Positions 7,321 through 16,444 of a stretch of DNA of 64,000 bases are shown in pieces. A program made the translations under genes and the position numbers. Within the stretch, counting starts at the first letter, position 1; every line of letters starts with the position of its first letter. The stretch lies in the NCBI GenBank assembly GCA_030695725.1, contig JAUYPN010000014.1, positions 2,084 to 66,083 on the forward strand. The letters run 5' to 3'. The notes beneath the pieces were generated by a model. The model saw nothing but the letters and a program-made list of their open reading frames with translations. It had not been told where the DNA came from and did no database searches. Source of the DNA: Candidatus Omnitrophota bacterium. GTDB lineage: Bacteria > Omnitrophota > Gorgyraeia > 2-01-FULL-45-10.

Positions 7321-7875
7321 ATGAGGATATTTTTAGGAACTGTCATAATGCTCTTTTTTATCGCGATATTGACCAACTTTTACGGAGGCGCATTCGCTAT
7401 GGATGAAAAGATAGTTGTATTGGAAACGAACCGGGGAAATATAGAGATCCGCCTTATGCCCGATGTGGCCCCGAAGGCCTGCGAAAATTTTACCAAATTG
7501 GTCGAGAAGGGATATTATGACGGCCTTATATTTCACAGAGTCATAAAAGGATTCATGATACAGGGTGGAGACCCGACCGGTACCGGCAGGGGCGGACAAT
7601 CTGTCTGGGGTAAGCCCTTCAAGGATGAATTCGACGCGAAAGCAAAATTTGATTCTCCCGGGATGTTGGCCATGGCGAACTCAGGGCCCAATACGAACGG
7701 CAGCCAGTTTTTTATCACTACGGCGGATACTTCCTGGCTGAATAACCACCATACCATATTCGGAAAAGTGATATCGGGCTACGACGTGGTCGAGAAGATG
7801 GAGAATACGGCTACCGGCCCGGGCGACAAACCGTCGACCGAACAAAGAATAGTCAAAGCGTATATGAAAAAATAA
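7321..7875 (+). CDS. Cyclophilin-type peptidyl-prolyl cis-trans isomerase with N-terminal signal/anchor
   Basis: FHRVIKGFMIQGGDPTGTGRGGQSVWG, MANSGPNTNGSQFFITT, HHTIFGKV. The start is moved to ATG 7321 because the track start lies inside the upstream terminator. Confidence 0.9.
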   Translation: MRIFLGTVIMLFFIAILTNFYGGAFAMDEKIVVLETNRGNIEIRLMPDVAPKACENFTKLVEKGYYDGLIFHRVIKGFMIQGGDPTGTGRGGQSVWGKPFKDEFDAKAKFDSPGMLAMANSGPNTNGSQFFITTADTSWLNNHHTIFGKVISGYDVVEKMENTATGPGDKPSTEQRIVKAYMKK

Positions 7876-7885
7876 CGGGGGGTCT

Positions 7886-8464
7886 ATGGATAAATCGATC
7901 AAAGGGACGAAGACTGAGAAGAATCTTTTGAAGGCCTTCGCGGGCGAATCTCAGGCGAGGAACAGATATACTTATTTTGCGAGCGCCGCGAAGAAAGAGG
8001 GTTATGAGCAGATAGCCAATATATTTTTAGAAACCGCGGAGAACGAGAAGGAACACGCCAATGTATTTTTCAAGCATCTTGAGGGCGGCGATGTTGAGAT
8101 CACCGCTTCGTATCCGGCGGGGATCATAAAAGAGACAAAGGCGAATCTCGAAGAGGCCGCCGCCGGAGAGAATCTGGAATGGACCGTACTCTATTCGGAT
8201 TTCTCGCAGGTTGCGAAAAGCGAAGGATTTTCGGAAGTATCGCGTTCATTCGAAGAGATCGCCAAGGTAGAAAGGTTTCACGAATCGAGATACAGAAAAT
8301 TGATCGCCAATATAGCGAACAAGGAAGTCTTTAAGAGAAAATCTTCGGTCAAGTGGCACTGTATTAATTGCGGATACATCACGGAGGGCAGCGAGGCCCC
8401 TAAGGAGTGCCCCGCCTGCAAGCATCCTCAAAGTTATTACGAAGTCCTGGCGGAAAACTTTTGA
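7886..8464 (+). CDS. rbr: Rubrerythrin
   Basis: Diiron four-helix motifs (AGESQARNRYTYFA, ETAENEKEHA) plus a C-terminal rubredoxin-like CINCG...CPACKHP. Confidence 0.9.
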   Translation: MDKSIKGTKTEKNLLKAFAGESQARNRYTYFASAAKKEGYEQIANIFLETAENEKEHANVFFKHLEGGDVEITASYPAGIIKETKANLEEAAAGENLEWTVLYSDFSQVAKSEGFSEVSRSFEEIAKVERFHESRYRKLIANIANKEVFKRKSSVKWHCINCGYITEGSEAPKECPACKHPQSYYEVLAENF

Positions 8465-8490
8465 AAAATAGGGCGCTGTCCCCTATTTTT
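8464..8490 (+). terminator. Rho-independent terminator after rbr
   Basis: AAAAATAGGG cgctgt CCCCTATTTTT. Confidence 0.7.
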
Positions 8491-8529
8491 GGGATTGATG
8501 ACGCCGCCGCCAGGAACGATATAAAAAGC

Positions 8530-8907
8530 ATGGTCCTGATCAGCTGTCCGTCAAGATTCAGCGCCATAGATTACCATTTCTGGGAGTCGGGCATGTGGGC
8601 GGACCTCAAAGACAATATCGACTGCAAATGGGAGGGCAAAGGCGCCCGGACCGGAAGTATCTTATTGTCCAAGGACCCTCCCATCGATTCCATAGGCAAC
8701 ATTAAGGATACCGCCCTGCTATTTATTCACGGAGATAGGGATTGGGTGGTGAAGCCCAGGCACTCGAAGGCGCTGTATGATAAAGCCGGCACCTACAAAA
8801 ATATAGAAATAATAAAAGGCGGATTTCACGCCGAGAGGCTTATAGAGTTCCACTACGCAAGGATGAGGTCTCTCATCCTTGACTGGTTTTCAAAAACCTT
8901 GCGGTAG
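8530..8907 (+). pseudogene. C-terminal remnant of an alpha/beta hydrolase (Asp and His regions present, nucleophile elbow missing)
   Basis: LFIHGDRDWVV and GGFHAE are present but there is no GxSxG. The upstream in-frame sequence is the rbr terminator. Confidence 0.45.
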
Positions 8908-8992
8908 AGTGCGCATATGGTGAATAATTCAATGATGTTAAGATATAAAAAAGTGATTTTGTATTATCTCCTCTTCGCGGTATAATGTTTAC

Positions 8993-9601
8993 ATGCAGAA
9001 TATCCTGGTAAGAAAAGGAAGGCCGGAAGACGCCCACCATTTTTCAGAACTCGTCACATTGACTTCTCCCGCGATATTTCCGATAGTCTTTGGCTCCACC
9101 GTGAAAAAAATGATGAAGAATTTATTTCCCCATAAAAGGCACTACTACAGCTTTGACCGCTCTTTTTTTGCCGAGATAGACGGCAAGATCGTAGGGATGG
9201 CGCAGCTGCACAAATTAATAACCAGAAAAGGGCAGACGGCCCGCTTAAGCCTTCTACTGTTGAAATATTTTAAGTGGAGATTGCCCGCGAAGGCCGTGAA
9301 CTTGCTTAAATTCGACCGCCTAATAAAATTTGTCGCGCGCGAAGATTGCTACATCAGTAATGTTGCCGTATATCCTGAATTCAGGTCGTTCGGTATCGGG
9401 ACAAAATTGCTGGCGGCGATCGAGGAAGAAGCCAAAAATATCGGCAAAAAAAGAGTAGTACTGCATGCCGAAACTCACAACGCGAGAGCCATCTCTTTTT
9501 ACGAGCGCCTCGGTTATAAGATCGAATCCAGGTCCTCGGCCCTTAAGATCAAGAACAGGCTTTTCGAATCGTTCACGATGGCCAAGTCGGTCACCCCTTA
9601 A
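8993..9601 (+). CDS. GNAT family N-acetyltransferase
   Basis: ISNVAVYPEFRSFGIGTKLLAAIEEEAK ... NARAISFYERLGYKI (acetyl-CoA binding motif A). Confidence 0.85.
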   Translation: MQNILVRKGRPEDAHHFSELVTLTSPAIFPIVFGSTVKKMMKNLFPHKRHYYSFDRSFFAEIDGKIVGMAQLHKLITRKGQTARLSLLLLKYFKWRLPAKAVNLLKFDRLIKFVAREDCYISNVAVYPEFRSFGIGTKLLAAIEEEAKNIGKKRVVLHAETHNARAISFYERLGYKIESRSSALKIKNRLFESFTMAKSVTP

Positions 9602-9662
9602 TTTTACGCTTGCCCAATACCGGATTATGATATATCCTATCAATTAACAGATAGGCGGTGAT

Positions 9663-11321
9663 ATGAGCATAGCGCGTCTTGTCCTGAAAGCGCTGGCGTA
9701 TAAAGCGAAAGTATTCGAAAAGAGTACGATTGAGCCGATGAGGGCTCAAGAGAAGACCCTCCTTCGATATCTTGCCCGAAACAAAAATACCGAGTACGGA
9801 AAAAAATACCATTTCTCCGAAGTCAGATCCATAACGGACTATCAGATGTTGGTCCCGATGAGCGACTCCGAGAGCATCTTCCCTTATGTGGAAAGGATCG
9901 TAAACGGTGAGCGGAACGTTCTGACAAAAGATGAGGTTGTGTTTTTCGGACTCACGAGCGGCACCACCGGCAAACCGAAGCTTATCCCCGTAACAAGATT
10001 TTCCCGCGCCAAAAAATCCGAAACGCTCGATCTATGGGCGTACTACATATCGCGCGACCATCCCGGCGTGCTCGACGGCAAGATCCTGGCGATAATAAAT
10101 CCGGAGGATGAGGCGTTCACCAAAAACGGCATACCGTACGGCGCGGAGAGCGGGCATGCGTATAAAAATCTGCCGGCCATAATAAAAGGTCTTTACGCCA
10201 TACCTTACGAAGTATTCCGTATAAAAGATTACGAGTCGAGGTACTATTGTATCCTGAGGATAGCGATAGGTCAGAACATAACCACTATCGCGACGTTAAA
10301 TCCCTCTACCATCATCATCCTGTGCCAGAAGATAAAAAAGTATAAGGATGTCCTGATAGATGACATTGAAAACGGCACGCTCTACCGAGGCATAAAAGTA
10401 CCCGCCGACATAAGAAAAATTATCGAGAGATCGCTTAAGCCTGATCAAAAAAGAGCCCGCGAGCTTAAAAATATATTGAAAGAGAAAAAAGCGCTTCTGC
10501 CGGAATATTTCTGGCCGAACCTCGAGCTGATAGAGTGCTGGAAGGGCGGGACGGTCAAGATATATTTAAAAGAGCTGCCGCAGTATTTCGGCGACACCCC
10601 GATAAGGGATTTTGGGTGCCTTTCCACTGAGACGCGCGCATCCATACCGCTGGGCGATGAGAACCCGGGAGGAGTCCTCGCCATCAATACGAATTTTTAC
10701 GAATTCATTCCGAAGGAGGATATGGCCAAGCGTCAGAAGCGGTTCCTCCTCTCTGATGAACTGGAAAAGGGCAGAGAATATTTTATAATAATCACCACCC
10801 CGGGCGGTTTATACAGGTATAATATAGATGATATAGTCATGGTCAATGGTTTCTTTAATAATACGCCCATGATAGAGTTCGTCCAGAAGGGCCTGAATGC
10901 CGTCTCCGTCATGGGAGAGAAGCTTTATGAATCTCAGCTGAATGAAGCTGTTAACAGGGCGGTGGACAAGAATAAGCTTCTCTTGGAATTCTTCTCGGCT
11001 TCCGTGCAGTCGGACAAGCCGCCGCGCTATGTATTTCTGGTAGAATTTGACGGGAGCGTCCCTTCCGGCGGCGAAAGAGAGCTGCTTAAGTCCATAGAGG
11101 AGGAGCTCAGACTCGAGAACGCCGAATATAAATACGTAAGAGACGCGCAGTTCCTGGATTCGCCGATCCTTAAGGTGGTTAAGAAGGGCGAATTTGAAAG
11201 ATACCGGGCGAGGCGCGTTATGGAAGGGGCCAATGACAGTCAGTTCAAAATCCCTGAGCTTACGTCCGACGAAAATTTTCAGAAGAACTTTGTTATAGAG
11301 GAAGAGATTAGTCTTGATTGA
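9663..11321 (+). CDS. GH3-family acyl-acid amido synthetase-like adenylating enzyme (paralog 1, 552 aa)
   Basis: FFGLTSGTTGKPKLIPVT, YGAESG, TTPGGLYRYNIDDIV, EFVQKG. Colinear with the second copy at 14550. Confidence 0.75.
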   Translation: MSIARLVLKALAYKAKVFEKSTIEPMRAQEKTLLRYLARNKNTEYGKKYHFSEVRSITDYQMLVPMSDSESIFPYVERIVNGERNVLTKDEVVFFGLTSGTTGKPKLIPVTRFSRAKKSETLDLWAYYISRDHPGVLDGKILAIINPEDEAFTKNGIPYGAESGHAYKNLPAIIKGLYAIPYEVFRIKDYESRYYCILRIAIGQNITTIATLNPSTIIILCQKIKKYKDVLIDDIENGTLYRGIKVPADIRKIIERSLKPDQKRARELKNILKEKKALLPEYFWPNLELIECWKGGTVKIYLKELPQYFGDTPIRDFGCLSTETRASIPLGDENPGGVLAINTNFYEFIPKEDMAKRQKRFLLSDELEKGREYFIIITTPGGLYRYNIDDIVMVNGFFNNTPMIEFVQKGLNAVSVMGEKLYESQLNEAVNRAVDKNKLLLEFFSASVQSDKPPRYVFLVEFDGSVPSGGERELLKSIEEELRLENAEYKYVRDAQFLDSPILKVVKKGEFERYRARRVMEGANDSQFKIPELTSDENFQKNFVIEEEISLD

Positions 11322-11337
11322 CATAAAGGGACCTAAA

Positions 11338-11664
11338 ATGGAGTTCGATGAGATAAAGGCCCGGATCAGGAAGACGGAGCCGGACATGATGCGTATGGAT
11401 AGCGAAAATTACTTCGAAGCGGTTATAGGCCATGCGCGTCTCGAAGAGGCAGTCTGTGCGCTCGAAGGCGTCTTTGGAGCTCCTGCATGGCCATCGGACA
11501 AGAAGCTGTCCAGGGATACGGAAAGACTGATAAAGAACATAGGGGGTTTAAGAAAAGGCCAGACGCTGTATATTCTGAATGATGGAAGCGGATGCTCGGT
11601 ATTCGCCATGCTCTGGCCGTGGCAGGACGGCCAGAGGGTAACGATCAAGATGTCAAAGATCTAG
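11338..11664 (+). CDS. Hypothetical protein (108 aa)
   Basis: ORF packed between GH3-1 and the SDR gene. No motif recognised. Confidence 0.5.
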   Translation: MEFDEIKARIRKTEPDMMRMDSENYFEAVIGHARLEEAVCALEGVFGAPAWPSDKKLSRDTERLIKNIGGLRKGQTLYILNDGSGCSVFAMLWPWQDGQRVTIKMSKI

Positions 11665-11674
11665 GAGTACGGAT

Positions 11675-12676
11675 ATGAGGAATCTTGTAACGGGCGCGGC
11701 GGGTTTTATAGGCAGCCACATAGCCGAGAGGCTTATTAAGAACGGCGAGGAAGTAATAGCGCTGGTGAGGAAGACGAGCAATACGAAATTCCTCTCCGGA
11801 TTAGGCGTGAAGTTCGCGTACGGCGATATAAACGACCCTGGATCCGTAAAGAGAGCCATGCAGGGGATAGATATCGTGTATCACAGCGCGGCTCTAGCAG
11901 ACGAATGGATATCCCCCAAGGAGGCGTACCGCGTCAACGTAGAAGGCACGAAAAACATTCTCGACGCCGCTATGGAAGCGAAGGTGAAGCGTTTTGTGTT
12001 TATAAGTTCCCTTGCCGTGCTGGGCATGAAGGACCATCATGGCACGCCGGCGGATGCCCCATATCATAAGACGGGGGACAGCTACATAGATACAAAGATA
12101 GATTCGGAACGGCTCGTCATGGATTATTACAGGAAATACGGCCTTCCCGTTACGGTAGTGCGGCCGGGATTCGTATTCGGCCCGCGCGATAATAAACTCA
12201 TACCGAGGCTCTCCGACAGGCTCGGGAAGAAGCAGTTCATGTTCGTAGGCAGCGGCAAGAATAAGATAAACGCCGTATACATAGAGAATCTCACCGATGC
12301 CATAATAAGCGCGGGCCTAAGCGAAAAGGCCGTCGGCCAGAAGTACAATGTCACCAATGACAGCGGCATGACGCTCGAAGCCCTGGTATTGAGCATAGTG
12401 GATATATGGAAGTTCGAAAGACCTAAGAAACATATACCCAAGTTCATGGCGTACCTTGTATGCAATGTTCTTACCGCCATGGCGAGGCTTGCAAAAGCCA
12501 AAGAGCCGCCATATATTACCAGGACCAGGATAAAATTCTTAAGCCTTAACCTCGATTTCGATATCGATAAGACGAAGAAAGATCTCGGGTACAGCCCGCG
12601 CGTTTCGATAGAAGAGGGCTTAAGGCGCACAAAGGACTGGATGGATAAGAATGCAAGTAGGGCAGTTCGAAACTGA
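11675..12676 (+). CDS. NAD-dependent epimerase/dehydratase-family SDR
   Basis: VTGAAGFIGSHIAERL Rossmann motif and YIDTK (YxxxK) catalytic motif. Confidence 0.85.
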   Translation: MRNLVTGAAGFIGSHIAERLIKNGEEVIALVRKTSNTKFLSGLGVKFAYGDINDPGSVKRAMQGIDIVYHSAALADEWISPKEAYRVNVEGTKNILDAAMEAKVKRFVFISSLAVLGMKDHHGTPADAPYHKTGDSYIDTKIDSERLVMDYYRKYGLPVTVVRPGFVFGPRDNKLIPRLSDRLGKKQFMFVGSGKNKINAVYIENLTDAIISAGLSEKAVGQKYNVTNDSGMTLEALVLSIVDIWKFERPKKHIPKFMAYLVCNVLTAMARLAKAKEPPYITRTRIKFLSLNLDFDIDKTKKDLGYSPRVSIEEGLRRTKDWMDKNASRAVRN

Positions 12677-13466
12677 AGACAGCTCAAGATTATATTACAA
12701 CTGCTGGCCGGCCGGTCCGGATGATCCTTGCGTAATATATCTGCACGGCCTCGAGAGCCATATGGGCTGGTTCTCGAACCTTGCGGAGTTCCTGAACTTA
12801 AAACATATCAATGTGTACGCTTTTGACAGGCGCGGATCGGGAATTAATAAGAATAACTCCAGAAATTTCACTTCCAGGTATTTATCGAGCGACCTGAAGA
12901 TATTCATAGACCTCGTAAAGAGAGAACACCCTAAAAGCGGTATATTTTTAATAGGGTTGTGCCTCGGGGGCAGGATCGCCGTAGATTTTTTCTCGTACCA
13001 TCAGGATCGCTTGGACGGCCTCATACTCATATCGCCGTCGCTTAAGAATAAGCTGAAATTTTCCCTGCTAGAGAAGCTCTCCATTCTCTTCAGGCCCAAT
13101 AGCCTGCTTAAAGTTCCGATAGAAGATGCCATGTTCACCTCGAATAAAAGATACCTCGATTATATAGCTAACGATTTTCTCCGCTTAAGATATATTCCGG
13201 CGCAGCATCTTTTGGAGATAGCTAAGATGGGGCGGCATCTGAAAAAAGCTTCAGGACTTATAAAGCTGCCGATCCTTTTGATGCTTGCGGGGATAGATGA
13301 GATCATAGATACCGACGGCGTGAGAAGATGGTTTGAATTATTGCCGTCCCCGGACAAGACCCTGAAATTTTACAAGGATTTCCATCATCTCTTGACGTTT
13401 GAAGAGAATGCTGACCTGGTGATGGAAGAGATTGCCGCATGGATAAAGGGAAGGGCCTATGCCTAA
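12651..13466 (+). CDS. Alpha/beta hydrolase (lysophospholipase/monoacylglycerol-lipase-like) with Cys in the nucleophile elbow
   Basis: IYLHGLESH, FDRRGSG, FLIGLCLGG (GxCxG instead of GxSxG) and a C-terminal DFHHL. Overlaps the SDR stop by 26 nt. Confidence 0.75.
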   Translation: MQVGQFETEDSSRLYYNCWPAGPDDPCVIYLHGLESHMGWFSNLAEFLNLKHINVYAFDRRGSGINKNNSRNFTSRYLSSDLKIFIDLVKREHPKSGIFLIGLCLGGRIAVDFFSYHQDRLDGLILISPSLKNKLKFSLLEKLSILFRPNSLLKVPIEDAMFTSNKRYLDYIANDFLRLRYIPAQHLLEIAKMGRHLKKASGLIKLPILLMLAGIDEIIDTDGVRRWFELLPSPDKTLKFYKDFHHLLTFEENADLVMEEIAAWIKGRAYA

Positions 13467-14553
13467 AATTTCCGGATTAGAAGTATTTAAGGTGGATATT
13501 CCGTTCAGAGCCGCTTTCAAACATTCTCTTAAATCGAGGCAGAATAGCGAAAGCATATTTGTAAAAGCGTCTCTCGATAGTGGCGTGACGGGTTTTGGAG
13601 AATCTTTGCCGAGAAGCTATGTTACGGGCAATACCCAGGATGCTGTCTATGCGCAATTAAAAGAGTTCCTGCCGAAATTGCTGGGCGCCGAACTGAACGG
13701 GCTGAACGAAGGAGCTCTCTTTATAAGATCTCTTGACGGAATAGAGGCCGAAGCGCGCTGCGCTCTTGAGATAGCGCTCCTCGACTGCCTCGGGAAAGTT
13801 TCAAACGTTCCGGTTCATGATATCCTTGGGGAAACTTTAAATCAGAGCTTCGCCTCGAGTGCCGTAATATCGGAAGGCTCCGTATTAAAGACCGCCGTTG
13901 CCGCAATTTACTTTAAATCCAAGGGATACAGATTCTTTAAGGTGAAGGTTGGGTCCTACAACGATCCGGGCAGGATCCGCCTTGTGAGGCGGCTGGTAGG
14001 CGATGCCGATATAAGGATCGATGCCAACGGCGCATGGGATGTCATGAGAGCGCTTGAAATGGTGGAGAAGATCCGACGGTTCGATATTTCATGCGTGGAA
14101 CAGCCCACTCCCAAGGATGACTTCGACGCGATGCAGGAGATGGCGGACTTCTGTACCGAGCCGGTGATGGCGGACGAATCCTTATGCACCGTAAACGATG
14201 CCCTGAAGCTCGCCCAGATCAGGGGCTGTGATATGTTCAATGTGAGGCTCTCCAAATGCGGCGGTATAAACAAGTGCATGGAGATCATCAAGATAGCCTT
14301 GGACCATGAGATGGGCTATCAGATAGGCTGCCATGTCGGTGAATCCGGCGTATTGACCGCGGCCGCCATGCACCTGGCGGCGGTATCGAAAAGAATGGCG
14401 TATTTCGAGGGAGGTTATTCGAGGCTCCTTCTAAAAGAGGATATTATCGAAGAAGATTTGACGCCAAGGAGAGGTATCGGGTACACTTTGAATAAGCCCG
14501 GCCTCGGCGTAACGGTCAACGAAGATATCTTAAGAAAGTATGTAGTAGAATGA
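13459..14553 (+). CDS. Enolase-superfamily enzyme, MLE subgroup (dipeptide epimerase / N-acyl-amino-acid racemase / OSBS-like)
   Basis: FFKVKVG (KxK), IRIDANGAW, VEQP, MADES and VRLSKCGG supply the metal ligands and general bases typical of the muconate-lactonizing-enzyme subgroup. Confidence 0.8.
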   Translation: MPKISGLEVFKVDIPFRAAFKHSLKSRQNSESIFVKASLDSGVTGFGESLPRSYVTGNTQDAVYAQLKEFLPKLLGAELNGLNEGALFIRSLDGIEAEARCALEIALLDCLGKVSNVPVHDILGETLNQSFASSAVISEGSVLKTAVAAIYFKSKGYRFFKVKVGSYNDPGRIRLVRRLVGDADIRIDANGAWDVMRALEMVEKIRRFDISCVEQPTPKDDFDAMQEMADFCTEPVMADESLCTVNDALKLAQIRGCDMFNVRLSKCGGINKCMEIIKIALDHEMGYQIGCHVGESGVLTAAAMHLAAVSKRMAYFEGGYSRLLLKEDIIEEDLTPRRGIGYTLNKPGLGVTVNEDILRKYVVE

Positions 14554-16208
14554 ACCTCATAAAGCTCCTCATGAGAACCCGCGTTCTCGACAGTATTTCG
14601 TTCGACCGGTGCACTATAAATCCTATTAAAACTCAAAAGAAGCTGCTTTTCAACATCATAAAGAAGAACAGGAATACGCTGTACGGCAGGGAGCACGGAT
14701 TCTCGCTGGTCAGGACAGTGGAAGATTTTCAGAGAAGAGTTCCCGTCAATAATTACGAATCGCTGAGGCCTTACATAAAGAGGATGATGAAGGGAGACCT
14801 GGGGATACTCACGAAGGATAAGGCCATATTCTTCGGCATAACGAGCGGCACCACCAGTAAGCCTAAATTTATTCCCGTAACTAAGCGTTCCCGCCGGCAA
14901 AAGTCAAAAGTGATGAGCGTCTGGCTCTACCGTGTCCTTACCGATCACCCCGAAGCGTTGAAAGGCAAGGCCCTTGTCATCATGAGCCCGGCGGTGGAAG
15001 GTTACGCCCCGTCGGGAGTTCCCTACGGCTCGGAATCCGGAGACGCCTATAGGAACATGCCTTCCATGATTAAAAAGCATTACGCGCTCCCCTATGAAGT
15101 GTTCTGCATAAAGGATTACGAGGCGCGCTATTACACCATGTTAAGGATAGGTATAGAGGCGGATGTTACTAACATATCCACGATGAACCCCCTGACGATA
15201 CTTGTGCTTTGCCAGAAGATAGATAAATACGCCAAGGACATAATAGAGGACATAAGGAAGGGCTCGCTCAACAAATCCCTGAATATAGATTCGCGCCTAC
15301 GAGCCGCCATAGAAAAAACGATCGATCCAAATCCGGGGAGAGCGGAGTTTTTAGAGAAGCTCCTTATAGAAAAAGGCGCTCTGTTACCGAAAGACTTTTG
15401 GAAGGACCTCGCTCTCATAGCGTGCTGGACCGGCGGGACGGTGGGATTATACTTAAAGGCGCTCGCCAAATATTTTCCGGAAAAGATAAGAATGCGTGAC
15501 TTCGGCTACGTCTCCACCGAGGCGCGGGTATCGGTGCCGATATCGGACGACGGCCCGAGCGGAGTCCTCACGGCCGGCTCGAATTTTTATGAATTCATAC
15601 CGGAGGAGGATATCGAAAAGCCGGCTCCAAGGTACCTTACGGTAGACAGGCTGAAGAAGGGCGGGCGTTATTATATAATATTTACAACTCCCGGGGGCCT
15701 TTATCGGTACAACATCGACGACATAATAAGGGTGGCGGGCTTCCGAAAAGCCGCGCCCGTGATAGAATTCATTCAGAAAGGAAAGAATGTATCCTCCGCT
15801 ACCGGCGAGAAGCTGTATGAGGCCCAGATCATAGATGCGATAAGCAAAGCGAAGGAAACGACCGGCATAGACGTGGAGTTTTTCTGCGCGTGCTTAGAAT
15901 GGCAGATACCTCCGAGCTATTCCTTCCTCGTAGAGTTCACCCAGGAGCACGACGCGAGCAGGAAGAAACATTTTTTGAGCCATGTCGAGGATAACCTGGG
16001 CAAGATCAACATAGAATACAAAGCTAAGCGCAGCTCCCAGCGCCTGGGTGATCCTAAATTAAAGATCCTGGAGAAAGGCTCTTTTGAAAGGTTCCGAAAA
16101 GCGCGCCTGGCGGTCCTCCAGCATGACAGCCAGTTCAAAGCCTGCCACTTGCGCTGTGATTTTAAGATCCCGCCTGAATTCAAGATAATCGAAGAGATAC
16201 CTTTGTAA
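14550..16208 (+). CDS. GH3-family acyl-acid amido synthetase-like adenylating enzyme (paralog 2, 552 aa)
   Basis: FFGITSGTTSKPKFIPVT, YGSESG, TTPGGLYRYNIDDII, EFIQKG. The ATGA overlap with the enolase-superfamily gene indicates translational coupling. Confidence 0.75.
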   Translation: MNLIKLLMRTRVLDSISFDRCTINPIKTQKKLLFNIIKKNRNTLYGREHGFSLVRTVEDFQRRVPVNNYESLRPYIKRMMKGDLGILTKDKAIFFGITSGTTSKPKFIPVTKRSRRQKSKVMSVWLYRVLTDHPEALKGKALVIMSPAVEGYAPSGVPYGSESGDAYRNMPSMIKKHYALPYEVFCIKDYEARYYTMLRIGIEADVTNISTMNPLTILVLCQKIDKYAKDIIEDIRKGSLNKSLNIDSRLRAAIEKTIDPNPGRAEFLEKLLIEKGALLPKDFWKDLALIACWTGGTVGLYLKALAKYFPEKIRMRDFGYVSTEARVSVPISDDGPSGVLTAGSNFYEFIPEEDIEKPAPRYLTVDRLKKGGRYYIIFTTPGGLYRYNIDDIIRVAGFRKAAPVIEFIQKGKNVSSATGEKLYEAQIIDAISKAKETTGIDVEFFCACLEWQIPPSYSFLVEFTQEHDASRKKHFLSHVEDNLGKINIEYKAKRSSQRLGDPKLKILEKGSFERFRKARLAVLQHDSQFKACHLRCDFKIPPEFKIIEEIPL

Positions 16209-16444
16209 TGGGAGAGCTCCTTATACAGGAAAAACGCAGGCAGAACTTAGTCATAGCCGTGATCTCGGCGTCCGTATTCATGTTCAGCGTCGATTACAGG
16301 AGCCAGTGAGCGAATAGATTCTACTGACCACTCACAACGCCCCTCGCACTGTCAAAGTCTCAATATTTCTCAAACTGAGCACCGCGCGCGCAGGCGGACC
16401 TGGCGGGGTTCGCCTGAAGGGTGGGTAAAAAAATAATTGAAAGG

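Noticed and set aside
16208-16310. A 33-codon ORF (MGELLIQEKRRQNLVIAVISASVFMFSVDYRSQ) overlapping the GH3-2 stop. It resembles the first TM segment of an MFS drug exporter (remnant pseudogene).
   Set aside because: It is too short, and the resemblance (FMFSVDY against FMxSLDxT) is too weak to support a feature.
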